Positions 36,128 through 44,791 of a stretch of 64,000 bases of DNA are shown here, piece after piece. Positions within the stretch are counted from its first letter, which is position 1. Each line of letters starts with the position of its first letter. Source of the stretch: an uncultured Polyangiaceae bacterium (GTDB lineage Bacteria > Myxococcota_A > Polyangia > Polyangiales > Polyangiaceae); NCBI GenBank assembly GCA_965369205.1, contig CBDUPW010000009.1, forward strand, positions 1,905 to 65,904. The letters are read 5' to 3'. The notes under the pieces were generated by a model that made no database searches, had not been told where the DNA came from, and saw only the letters and a program-made list of their open reading frames with translations. A program made the translations under genes and the position numbers.

Positions 36128-38124
36128 CACCTCTACGGGCGTGGGTCTGCGCAAGCGCACTCTTGCTGGGTTGCGGCGATGGCGAAGACGACAGCGCGCC
36201 GCAGTCGCCCGCAAGCAGTCTCATCTTATACGGCGCGCCGACTGAAACGGAGCTCACGCCTTTTCCGTCGGATCGCTACACCGCTGCGGACAAGGGCAGC
36301 GCCACGGGCTTGCGGGTGGATGTCTCCGCGGACACGACTGGGGATCCCATGGCCGTGGACCTTGCAGACAGCATGGCGCAGCTGTCGAAGCTGGATGGCT
36401 TCTCCACCACCGGGGGCGTGGTCTTCAAGCTTTCGTCGCCCATCGACGCGCGCGGCATCGATCACGTGCCCGACGCCGAGCCGCCGATCCTGGATCCTAT
36501 CGACGACGCCAGCGTCTACACCAAGGCGGACTCGCCGCTGCTATTGGTCAACGTCGACCCCGAGGCGCCGGAGTTCGGGACAGCGCTCGGCATTGTGCCG
36601 CGCTACTTCGAGCAGGCGGAAGACGGGTTTTACGAGAGCGACGAATTCACGCTGATTGCTCAGCCCGCGGTGCCGCTACGACCGGCGTCCCGCTACGTGA
36701 TGATCGTGACGGACAAGCTACATGCCCGCGACGGTACCGCCGTTGGCTCCGAGCCACTGATGCGAAGCGCGCTGAGCAATGCCAAGGACGCTTATTCCGT
36801 CGAACTGCGTGACGCCGTGCAAGTGGCCGCGGACGCTGTCGGATTTGCGCCCAAGAGCGTCGTCGCGGCCACGCTATTCACCACGGGCAGCACCCTGACC
36901 GGGATCGTTGAGATGGCCAAGGCGCGCCGGGCTGCGCCTCCCCCGAAACAAACCAAAGCTTGGGAAGTGGAGTCGCCCCTGGTCAGCCCGGGTACCCGCG
37001 TGCGTTTCGCCGGCAGCTTCGAAACGCCGGAGTTCCGTGCGGCCAGCGACGGCAAGTGGGAGCTAGACACTTCCGGTCGCCCCAAGCTCGCCCAGAGCGT
37101 CAGCCTCGAGATGTATCTGGCGTTTTCGGACGCCACCCAGAGCGGACCGCGCCCGGTGGTATTTTACGCCCACGGACTGGGTGGCGATAAAGACAGCACC
37201 TGGGGCACCGCCGAGCGCTTGGCGTCGCTTTCCGCACGCGGCGTCGCCGTCTTGGGCATCGACTCTCCCGAACATGGCTCGCGCGCTACCGGCGAGACCA
37301 ATCTGGTTAGCAGCGTCTACGGCTTCTTTGGGATCGACGAGGACACCAACCAGTTCGACATCGAACGCGCACGGGACAACTTCCGTCAGATGGCTGCGGA
37401 CCAGCTGGAGCTCGTGCGATTCGCAAAGTCGCTTTCCACGCTAGATCTCCTGCCCCTGGACGCCTCGGGCCAGCCCGCGCCCGACGGCGTGCCTGATCTC
37501 GACGTGTCGGCCTTCTACTACATCGGCCATTCCTTTGGAGCCGTGCAAGGCGCCACCATTTTTGCCATCGCTCCGGAAATCGAAGCGGCCAACTGGAACG
37601 TTGGCGGCGCCGGCTTGATGATGCTCTTGCGCGACTCCAACCTGTTCAGCCTGTTCCTCAAGTCCATCAGTCCGCCCAAGACGCCCTTCGGCGCGGTTGC
37701 GCGCTTCATGGCCATCAACCAAGCCATCGTGGACCCGGGGGATCCCCTCAACTTCGCTCGCTACGCCACCCTCGAGACGCTCCCAGGCGTGGCCAAGGCG
37801 GCCTCACGGGACGTGTTGCTGCAGCAGGTTGTGGCGGACACCATCGTTCCGAACTCAACGAGCGAAGCTTTGGCCCGCGCGGCAGGGCTCGCCGTGCTCA
37901 ACCCGGTGACACCCGCTTCTGGGCTGACAGAAATCAGTGCTCCTGCGTCCGGCAACCTGCCCAATGGCGCCACCGGCGTGGTCTGTCAGTTCGACACCAT
38001 GAATGACGGCAAGATCGCGTCCCACGGCGAGTTGGCGTTCTCCGCCGAGGGGCTGCAGCAGTATGTTTCGTTCTTCAAGACCCGCATCGACGAAAACCGC
38101 GGCGTCGTGAACGCGCCGTATTGA
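36106..38124 (+). CDS. lipoprotein alpha/beta hydrolase, VolA/Pla-1-like extracellular lipase
   Basis: Lipobox ALLLGCG. Nucleophile elbow YIGHSFGA. ARDNFRQMAADQLEL resembles the RDN-x-RQ motif I recall from VolA-type lipases. The start overlaps the tamB-like stop by 22 nt. Confidence 0.65.
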   Translation: MATRIRITPLRAWVCASALLLGCGDGEDDSAPQSPASSLILYGAPTETELTPFPSDRYTAADKGSATGLRVDVSADTTGDPMAVDLADSMAQLSKLDGFSTTGGVVFKLSSPIDARGIDHVPDAEPPILDPIDDASVYTKADSPLLLVNVDPEAPEFGTALGIVPRYFEQAEDGFYESDEFTLIAQPAVPLRPASRYVMIVTDKLHARDGTAVGSEPLMRSALSNAKDAYSVELRDAVQVAADAVGFAPKSVVAATLFTTGSTLTGIVEMAKARRAAPPPKQTKAWEVESPLVSPGTRVRFAGSFETPEFRAASDGKWELDTSGRPKLAQSVSLEMYLAFSDATQSGPRPVVFYAHGLGGDKDSTWGTAERLASLSARGVAVLGIDSPEHGSRATGETNLVSSVYGFFGIDEDTNQFDIERARDNFRQMAADQLELVRFAKSLSTLDLLPLDASGQPAPDGVPDLDVSAFYYIGHSFGAVQGATIFAIAPEIEAANWNVGGAGLMMLLRDSNLFSLFLKSISPPKTPFGAVARFMAINQAIVDPGDPLNFARYATLETLPGVAKAASRDVLLQQVVADTIVPNSTSEALARAAGLAVLNPVTPASGLTEISAPASGNLPNGATGVVCQFDTMNDGKIASHGELAFSAEGLQQYVSFFKTRIDENRGVVNAPY

Positions 38125-38131
38125 CGCGGAA

Positions 38132-39745
38132 GTGATGCTAGCGTGGCCGGCCATGCGACAGCGTCGGTTCTGGGGATGGGGCTACGAAGACGTCAGTCCG
38201 AGCGAAACTGAGCTCGGCATGCTCGAAGCCGCGTTGACTGGCATGCTGGGCATGCGCAGCGCAGAGCCACAGGCACGGCCGCAGATCGAGGAGATCGTGC
38301 TGCGCGACCCGCGCGCGGCGTTGCCGGCTTCACTGGGTGAGCTGTGTGACGCCTCGCCGCTGAGTCGAGCCAGTCACAGCTTCGGCAAGTCCTATCGCGA
38401 CATCGTGCGTGGATTCGATCGCAACTTCGACAACCCGCCAGACATCGTTGCGTACCCAAAGAGCGAAGCGGACGTCGCCCGTATCTTGGATGCCTGCGCC
38501 GAAGCGCGCATCGCCGTGATCCCCTTCGGCGGTGGCAGCAGCGTGTGCGGCGGCGTCGAGCCCGTCGCTTCTGAGAACTATCCGGGCACGCTTTCCCTCG
38601 ACCTGGGAAAGCTCGATCAAGTGCTCGAGGTCGACGCCACCTCCCGGGCGGCTCGGGTGCAGGCGGGCGTGCTCGGGCCGCAGCTCGAAGCCCAGCTCAA
38701 GCCGCACGGTTTGACGCTACGGCACTATCCTCAGTCCTTTGAGTTTTCGAGTCTGGGCGGCTGGATCGCCACCCGCGCTGGCGGGCACTTCGCTACCGTG
38801 TACACGCACATCGACGACCTGGTGCAGTCGATGCGCGTGGTCACGCCCACGGGCATTCTCGAAACTAGGCGGCTTCCCGGATCCGGGGCGGGACCGGATC
38901 CGAATCGCCTATTCCTCGGCTCCGAGGGCACGCTTGGCGTGATCACAGAGGCGTGGATGCGACTCTTCGAGCGTCCGACTTTTCGCGCAAAAGCATCCTT
39001 TCGTTTCGACGACTTCGGCGCCGGCACGAACGCCCTGCGTCATCTTGCACAGAGCGGTCTGTTCCCCTCGAACGCGCGTCTGCTCGATCCCGTCGAAGCC
39101 ATGCTCAATGGCGCGGGTGACGGCAGCCACGCCCTGCTGCTTGTTGGCTTCGAGTCTCACGATCATGCGCTCGGCGCCTGGCTCGAACGCGCTGTTGAGC
39201 TGTGTCGCGACTGTGGTGGCAAGGCCTCCGACGCCGACATCGTCCCGAACGTCGAAAGCAGCTCCAAAGATGGCGCCGGCGGAGCATGGCGCAGAGCGTT
39301 CTTGCGCGCGCCCTATCTGCGCGACGAGTTGGTCGCCCGGGGCGTGTTTGTGGAAACTTTCGAGACCGCGGTGACCTGGGATCGCTTCGACGAGCTACAC
39401 GCTACGGTGATCGCCGCGGCGCGGGCCGTGGTCGGACAGCAAGCGGCTGTCACTTGTCGCGTCACCCATGCGTACCCGGACGGCGCGGCGCCCTACTTCA
39501 CCGTGATTGCTCCGGCACGCCGTCGCGACGAGCTGGCGCAATGGCGCGATATCAAAGCCGCGATCACCGACGCCATGCTCGCCGCGGGGGGCACCACCAC
39601 CCATCACCACGCCGTAGGCCGAGATTTCCGTCCGTTCTACGAGCGAGAAGTGCCGCAGCCTTTTCAGAATGCGATGCGCGCCGCACGCGCCGCCCTCGAC
39701 CCGCGTGGGATCCTGAACCCCGGGGTCTTGTTTGCCGGCGCGTGA
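38132..39745 (+). CDS. FAD-linked oxidase, alkyldihydroxyacetonephosphate synthase (AGPS)-like
   Basis: N-terminal RRFWGWGYED (AGPS-like W-G-W-G-Y). FAD_binding_4-type segment IVAYPKSEADVARILDACAEARIAVIPFGGGSSVCGG. C-terminal HHHAVGRD. Start at 38132 or 38153. Confidence 0.8.
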   Translation: MMLAWPAMRQRRFWGWGYEDVSPSETELGMLEAALTGMLGMRSAEPQARPQIEEIVLRDPRAALPASLGELCDASPLSRASHSFGKSYRDIVRGFDRNFDNPPDIVAYPKSEADVARILDACAEARIAVIPFGGGSSVCGGVEPVASENYPGTLSLDLGKLDQVLEVDATSRAARVQAGVLGPQLEAQLKPHGLTLRHYPQSFEFSSLGGWIATRAGGHFATVYTHIDDLVQSMRVVTPTGILETRRLPGSGAGPDPNRLFLGSEGTLGVITEAWMRLFERPTFRAKASFRFDDFGAGTNALRHLAQSGLFPSNARLLDPVEAMLNGAGDGSHALLLVGFESHDHALGAWLERAVELCRDCGGKASDADIVPNVESSSKDGAGGAWRRAFLRAPYLRDELVARGVFVETFETAVTWDRFDELHATVIAAARAVVGQQAAVTCRVTHAYPDGAAPYFTVIAPARRRDELAQWRDIKAAITDAMLAAGGTTTHHHAVGRDFRPFYEREVPQPFQNAMRAARAALDPRGILNPGVLFAGA

Positions 39746-39796
39746 CGCGCGGGTTCCCCTTCCACATTGTGGGCTCGGTGTTATGTTCCCGCCGTG

Positions 39797-40156
39797 AACG
39801 TCCGCCTGGTCAAAGAATACCGCTTCGAAGCCGCACACCGCTTGCCCATGGTGCCGCCAGGGCACAAATGCGAACGCCTGCATGGGCATAGTTTCAAGAT
39901 CGAAATCGCTGTCAGCGGCCCCGTGGATGAAACGACCGGTTGGTTCATCGACTACGGCGACCTCGACGAGATTTGGGCGCCGCTCTACGAAGCCTTGGAC
40001 CATCGCTATCTCAACGAAGTGCCCGGTCTAGAAAACCCAACCAGCGAAATCCTCGCAAAGTGGCTTTGGGATAAGATCAAACCCAAGCTGCCGTCACTTT
40101 CGCGCCTCATCGTCTTCGAGACTTGCGACGTGCGCTGCGAATACGAAGGCGAATAG
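39797..40156 (+). CDS. queD: 6-carboxytetrahydropterin synthase / 6-pyruvoyl-tetrahydropterin synthase family (COG0720)
   Basis: GTG at 39797 (VNVRLVKEYRFEAAHRL...). Zinc/catalytic motif CERLHGHSF and ...LDHRYLNE.... About 119 aa. QueD versus PTPS cannot be decided from sequence reading alone. Confidence 0.85.
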   Translation, partial: NVRLVKEYRFEAAHRLPMVPPGHKCERLHGHSFKIEIAVSGPVDETTGWFIDYGDLDEIWAPLYEALDHRYLNEVPGLENPTSEILAKWLWDKIKPKLPSLSRLIVFETCDVRCEYEGE

Positions 40157-40205
40157 CCCGTCGGTTACGGGTTGGACGATCTTCTTGTTTTTTTGTTTTT
40201 GCGCC
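40155..40205. terminator. AT-rich convergent intergenic tract, possible terminator region
   Basis: Short hairpin AGCCCG-tcggtta-CGGGTT directly after the queD stop, then CTTCTTGTTTTTTTGTTTTT. This is the most T-rich stretch seen in the window, between convergent genes. The geometry is not canonical: the T-tract starts about 10 nt after the stem. Confidence 0.4.
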
Positions 40206-40248
40206 GAACGCGTCATCGCAACCGCGCCCGCCCGGCAAGCGCCGGCGA

Positions 40249-42864
40249 TCACGCGTGTACGTTGATGCCCAGGGTCCGGCGTAGTTGCATGTGTTCGTCG
40301 GACAGGGCGCGCTGGTAGAGGTCGTCGACTTGGCGCTCCAGAGGGATCCCGTTGAGGGGGAAGCGACGCACAATGTCTACAGCTCGGCGGGCGTCTCCGC
40401 AGAGCAGCAGTCCGACGCGGCCGCCAAGCAGGGCGGTTTCATCGAGCCACAGCGCCAAGCGCCGGCGTGCTCCTCGGGTGGGGATGTCTCCTGCAAGCTC
40501 CGTAAGCGCTTTGCGTTCGTCGTCTTCGAGTGCCTCTTCTAGGGCATCGGCGAAGATGCGGGCAGGTCCGTCGAGGTCCTCCATACCGGGGGCTTCGCCA
40601 ATGACGAGCGCTGCCACGACGACCTTGGCCAGTTGTTGCGGCGAAGGGCACGCCCAGAGGAACCCATTTTCGGCGCGCAAAGCCGAAAGGGCGCGCGCCC
40701 ACAAGAAGGCGAGTTCATGCAACTCGAGTCCGCTGCCGAGACTGCGATCCGCGATGGCGACCGGTCGCGCTAGCGCCAAGGCGCGCGTGCCGTCGGGCAC
40801 GTTGTCGACCACGTACAGCGGTGGCGGTTCGATGCCCATCAGCCGGCACGTCCAGCTCAGACTGCGCGCGATCATCGTCGTGCTTCCTGCATCCTGCAGC
40901 GAGCCCTTTTCGAACTCCAGGAGCTGATCGTTGTTAGCGAGCTCTTCGAAGCAGAGCGGCAGCGCCGGGCGCGCGCAACTGCGAAGCAGGCGACACAGTT
41001 GCGCGTCGCGCTCGGGGGCGAATTTGTCGAACTCGATGTTTGCCAAGGTGGAGCGGGCAGCGATCAACCCGTCCGGTTGGTGAGCGTCCGCATTCAGGGA
41101 CTCGTTGATGTCCGCCTCGCCCAGGTGATCGAGGATACAGGCCGCGTTCCACGCGCTATCGTCGTCGCCCGTCTTTTCGAAGGCCCACAGCGCGCGGCGC
41201 ACGACGTCTGCGTCTTGGGGCCGCACGCGGGCCGCACTGCGTAGCACGGCCGCGGCTGCTTCGTGGTCGCGCGAGGCCTGGTGCAGCTCGCCGATCCAGA
41301 GCAAGAGTTCTACGTCATCGACGCGGTGCTCTGCGGCCCGAGTGAAACAGCGCAGAGCCGCCGCGGCGTCATCCCGCACGTCCCGATGCAGCATGCCGAG
41401 CTTCTTGCCCAAGTCCCAACAGAGCTCGGCGTCCGTGCTGCGCGCGACGACGAACTCGTAGATTTCGATCAGATCGTCGAAGCGTCGCGCGGTGCCCAGC
41501 ACCGTGGCGGCGATCTCCAGCGCTTCGAGGGTCTCTGGATGCGCCTGGAGCGCTTCTCGGCACAGCTCGACGGACTCTTTGGCGCCTGGCAGTTCGGTTT
41601 GCGCGATGCGCGCGGCTTCCACCAGGGCGTTCGCCCGTTCCACACCTTCGAGGCGCTCCGCGAGGCGCTTGCGCGCTGAAACCCGTGCGGGCGGGTTGCC
41701 AGCCATGTCCTGCGCCCGGACTAGCGTGTCGAGGGGCGCCCGCGCATCGTCTTCGGCCGCCCATTGTTCGATGGTAGCCAAGGCTTGTGCGGGCTCTTCG
41801 GCATCCAGCCAAGCTTGAGCGATTGCAGCGAGCTGTTCGTGACGCGCCCCAGGATCCGTCAGCGCATCCAGGTGACGACGGCGCATCGCCTCAAGGCGCC
41901 GGAAATCTTGCTGCTCAGCTAGAACGTCGCAGGCCGCGTCGAGGGCGCCCGCGTGCATGGGGTCGAGCTCAAGAGCTTTGTCAAAGTTGTGTGCGGCTTC
42001 GGCCACGCTTTCTAGCGCGCGTTTGCAGCGACCGATCCGAAAGTACACATCCGCGCGTTCGGGGTCGCGGGGGCCCAGGCCCAGCAGGCGCTTCTTGTAT
42101 TCGGCAATGGCGTCCGAATGTCGTCCGGCCTCGAAATGAGCGTTGCCGTTTGCGATGAACTCGGAGACCGCGGCTCCATGGGACGACGGGGGCGGTGGAA
42201 TGCTCGCACCGTCCGACACGATGACATTCGGCGGCAGCAACAGCGGAAAGGCCTGGGGACCTGGCATCGAGCCAACCGCCGACAGCAGATCAAACCCCTC
42301 CACCCCGCGCATGCGTTCGTAGAGCGCGCTGGCGTCCATGCTCCTGGTTTCCACGTCGTCCTTGGCATTGCGCACCGCCGCCGCCAGGCAGTGCAGCAGG
42401 GGAGCGTCTGGGAGCTTGCGCTCGCTTTCTCTGGCAGACGCGGCGACGATCAGTCCGATGGCTGTGCCGTCTAACGCCTCCTTCGCCACCCCGAGGATTT
42501 CCGCCGCCAGAAAAGGATCATCGGGACCCTCGTGTCGAAGATCGAGAATCAGCAGGATTGCCATGGTGGCGCGGGCCAGGGACTGCCCAATCCCTCGCAG
42601 GGATGCTTCGTGGTCCCCGCTAGCCAGTGCCAGATCAGTGCCGGCGATGCTGGCGTTGCCCGAGAACACGACCAGCGCATGACCTGGGTCGCGGCGACGG
42701 GCCAGGGCACGCTCAAGTTCGTCGAGCAGGCCGTCTTCAGGATCGACAGGGCGGGCCGCAAAGCGCAGGTGTGGATCGCTCAGCAGTTCTAGGAAGTCTT
42801 GTCGAGCCGAGGAACGCACGCTGCGCGGCGCTTCGTTCGAGCCAATGATATAGGCGATTCGCAT
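40249..42864 (-). CDS. TPR-repeat protein with degenerate caspase-like (peptidase C14-like) N-terminal domain
   Basis: 871 aa. The N-terminal approximately 200 aa follow the C14 strand/helix order, but read VVFSGNAS and LLILDLRHEG where C14 enzymes have SGHG and D-A-C-H-S-G. The central part has TPR-like helical repeats. The C-terminal approximately 280 aa are a conserved-looking unknown domain. Confidence 0.7.
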   Translation of the reverse strand: MRIAYIIGSNEAPRSVRSSARQDFLELLSDPHLRFAARPVDPEDGLLDELERALARRRDPGHALVVFSGNASIAGTDLALASGDHEASLRGIGQSLARATMAILLILDLRHEGPDDPFLAAEILGVAKEALDGTAIGLIVAASARESERKLPDAPLLHCLAAAVRNAKDDVETRSMDASALYERMRGVEGFDLLSAVGSMPGPQAFPLLLPPNVIVSDGASIPPPPSSHGAAVSEFIANGNAHFEAGRHSDAIAEYKKRLLGLGPRDPERADVYFRIGRCKRALESVAEAAHNFDKALELDPMHAGALDAACDVLAEQQDFRRLEAMRRRHLDALTDPGARHEQLAAIAQAWLDAEEPAQALATIEQWAAEDDARAPLDTLVRAQDMAGNPPARVSARKRLAERLEGVERANALVEAARIAQTELPGAKESVELCREALQAHPETLEALEIAATVLGTARRFDDLIEIYEFVVARSTDAELCWDLGKKLGMLHRDVRDDAAAALRCFTRAAEHRVDDVELLLWIGELHQASRDHEAAAAVLRSAARVRPQDADVVRRALWAFEKTGDDDSAWNAACILDHLGEADINESLNADAHQPDGLIAARSTLANIEFDKFAPERDAQLCRLLRSCARPALPLCFEELANNDQLLEFEKGSLQDAGSTTMIARSLSWTCRLMGIEPPPLYVVDNVPDGTRALALARPVAIADRSLGSGLELHELAFLWARALSALRAENGFLWACPSPQQLAKVVVAALVIGEAPGMEDLDGPARIFADALEEALEDDERKALTELAGDIPTRGARRRLALWLDETALLGGRVGLLLCGDARRAVDIVRRFPLNGIPLERQVDDLYQRALSDEHMQLRRTLGINVHA

Positions 42865-42900
42865 CGGTGGTTGGTGGCGGCCGCTCGTGCGCGGAGCAAT

Positions 42901-43179
42901 TCAGTCTTCGGATTCGTAGCCAAAATCCGGGTCGAGCCCGGCTAGCGCTGCGAAAGGCGCGGGGTGATAGGGCGGGCGCGGTGTGATGCCCTCGCCGGGG
43001 TCGTCGCCGCGCTGCTGCAATAGGCGCGCGCAGAGCGCCAGACAGCCCTTGCCTTGGCACCAGCCCGTGCCAAACCCGGTGTAGCGTTTGACCGACTCGA
43101 TGTCGCGGTGCCCAAGAGAGAGGGCGTGCTCTAGTTCGCTGAGCGTTACGTCTTCGCAGCGGCAAACCAATGTCTTCAT
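42901..43179 (-). CDS. BFD-like [2Fe-2S]-binding domain protein
   Basis: 92 aa. MKTLVCRCEDVTLSELE...GTGWCQGKGCLALC gives the C-x-C...C-x4-C pattern of bacterioferritin-associated-ferredoxin-like domains. Confidence 0.8.
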   Translation of the reverse strand: MKTLVCRCEDVTLSELEHALSLGHRDIESVKRYTGFGTGWCQGKGCLALCARLLQQRGDDPGEGITPRPPYHPAPFAALAGLDPDFGYESED

Positions 43180-43354
43180 GCCGGGCCGGCGAGTGTAACC
43201 CCCGCGCCCGCGGCAGCACCAGGCTGTTTTGGCCGCAGCGCGTCAGGGGCGCAATCGCTGCGCCCAGCGCAGCCATCTGCTAGAGTGCCTGCGCTCGCGG
43301 GCGTAGTCGTCGCTGCGGGCGCTCGCCCCTGCCAGGCCGTTAGAGAGGTCAGCG

Positions 43355-44047
43355 ATGAGACGTACTGCAACCGCATGCATGTTCCTGTTTCTGGTGGCCT
43401 GTGGGAGTTCGGACGAGGGCGGGCTGTTCGGGACACCCCGCGCCGCGAGTGGTGGGACAACAAGCGGGGGCACGACCGCGGTCGGAGGCAGCGCGGGCGC
43501 GACCGGTGGTGTCGGCGGCACTCTTCAAGCCGGTGGTACCGGTGCAGTGGGCAGCGGAGGCGAGTCAGGCAGCGCCGGCAGCGGTGCAACGGGTGGTGAT
43601 GCCAGCGGCGGAAGCGCGGGCGGCGCCGCAACTGGAGGCGACGGCGGCAGCGGCGGCAGCGGCGCCACTGGAGGCAACCCCGCAGCGGGAACGATCTCTT
43701 GCGGGGGCGTCAACAACTGCGCGCGCCCGGAGAACTTCTGCTGCGTGTTTTTGAGTGGAAGTTCGTTCCCGACGCCCACGTGTCAGGCAAACGCCGCGCC
43801 CTGTCTGCCCGGCTCAGAGGTGTATTGCGACGGACCCGAAGATTGCATCAACGGTACCGTTTGCTGCGGGCAGCTGGTGAATTCGCGTTTCGGCCAGGCC
43901 TACAACGACCTCAAGTGCCGACCGGAGCAGGAGTGCGTGTATGCGCAGCAGCGCCGCCTGATCTGCGGCGATCAGAAATGCCCCAGCGGGCTATCCTGCA
44001 AGCCCAGCAGCTTGCTGCCCAATATCAACTTCTGCTCGCCGAACTAG
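43355..44047 (+). CDS. lipoprotein with Gly/Ser/Thr linker and C-terminal Cys-rich domain
   Basis: Lipobox FLFLVAC. About 95-aa G/S/T/A low-complexity linker. The C-terminal domain has about 18 Cys, including CDGPEDCINGTVCCG. Confidence 0.65.
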   Translation: MRRTATACMFLFLVACGSSDEGGLFGTPRAASGGTTSGGTTAVGGSAGATGGVGGTLQAGGTGAVGSGGESGSAGSGATGGDASGGSAGGAATGGDGGSGGSGATGGNPAAGTISCGGVNNCARPENFCCVFLSGSSFPTPTCQANAAPCLPGSEVYCDGPEDCINGTVCCGQLVNSRFGQAYNDLKCRPEQECVYAQQRRLICGDQKCPSGLSCKPSSLLPNINFCSPN

Positions 44048-44706
44048 TTTGTGCTGTCGCCGCACAGCCCCGCTTGCGCGCCAGTGGGGCGTCCGCGTCG
44101 AAACTCGATGTCACAGGGAAGTGGGTCTTTGAGAGACTCCGCGAAGCCAACGGAAAGCGGTTCGTCCCAGCGGCGCGGGCCATCGACACGTGCGCGCACG
44201 ACGCCGCCGACGTCGATGAACCAGGTTTCCGGGAACAGTTTGGTGCCGTAGCTTTCCCGCACGACCTTGCCATCGGGATCCATCAGAACGATGAACGGTG
44301 GATCTTTGGTGCCGATCACGGACTGCAATGTGTTCTTGGCGTCTTCGGCGCTCTCGTCCGTGCATAGAGTGACCAGTTCGATGCCTTGCCGGGTCTTGAG
44401 CATGCGCCCGAGATCTGCGAGCGACGGCATTTCTTCCAGACACGGCTGACAGGTCTTCGTCCAGAAATTCATGATCACGACCTTGCCGCGGAACGAAGAC
44501 AGCTTCACCCGCTCTCCGTCGAGGGAGGTCAGCTCGAAGTCCGGAGCCCGACGATTGCGCGCCGCGTAGTTCGGGGCAATCGCACAAAGCGGTGCGCAGA
44601 CTCTTCGGCTCTCCGCGTCGCGCGCGGTGCGCGCGAAGGAATAGACTGCCAAAGCCGCAACGGCGACGATGACGAGCTGGGCAAGCTGAGCCGGCTTCAC
44701 GAGCAC
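44044..44706 (-). CDS. TlpA-family thiol:disulfide oxidoreductase (thioredoxin fold), membrane anchored
   Basis: Only the C-terminal approximately 220 codons of ORF 44044..45300 look coding. GTG start near 44706, TM helix LAQLVIVAVAALAVY. Active site FWTKTCQPCLEEMP (CxxC). Its stop overlaps the convergent gene's stop (CTAG, 44044-44047). Confidence 0.8.
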   Translation of the reverse strand: MLVKPAQLAQLVIVAVAALAVYSFARTARDAESRRVCAPLCAIAPNYAARNRRAPDFELTSLDGERVKLSSFRGKVVIMNFWTKTCQPCLEEMPSLADLGRMLKTRQGIELVTLCTDESAEDAKNTLQSVIGTKDPPFIVLMDPDGKVVRESYGTKLFPETWFIDVGGVVRARVDGPRRWDEPLSVGFAESLKDPLPCDIEFRRGRPTGAQAGLCGDSTN

Positions 44707-44791
44707 GGTGTTAGACCACGTTGCGCAGCCACGCAAAGGGCAAAAAAATCCCCGCGTTTCGCGAGGCGGCTTCCCCGGAACAATATGGATT

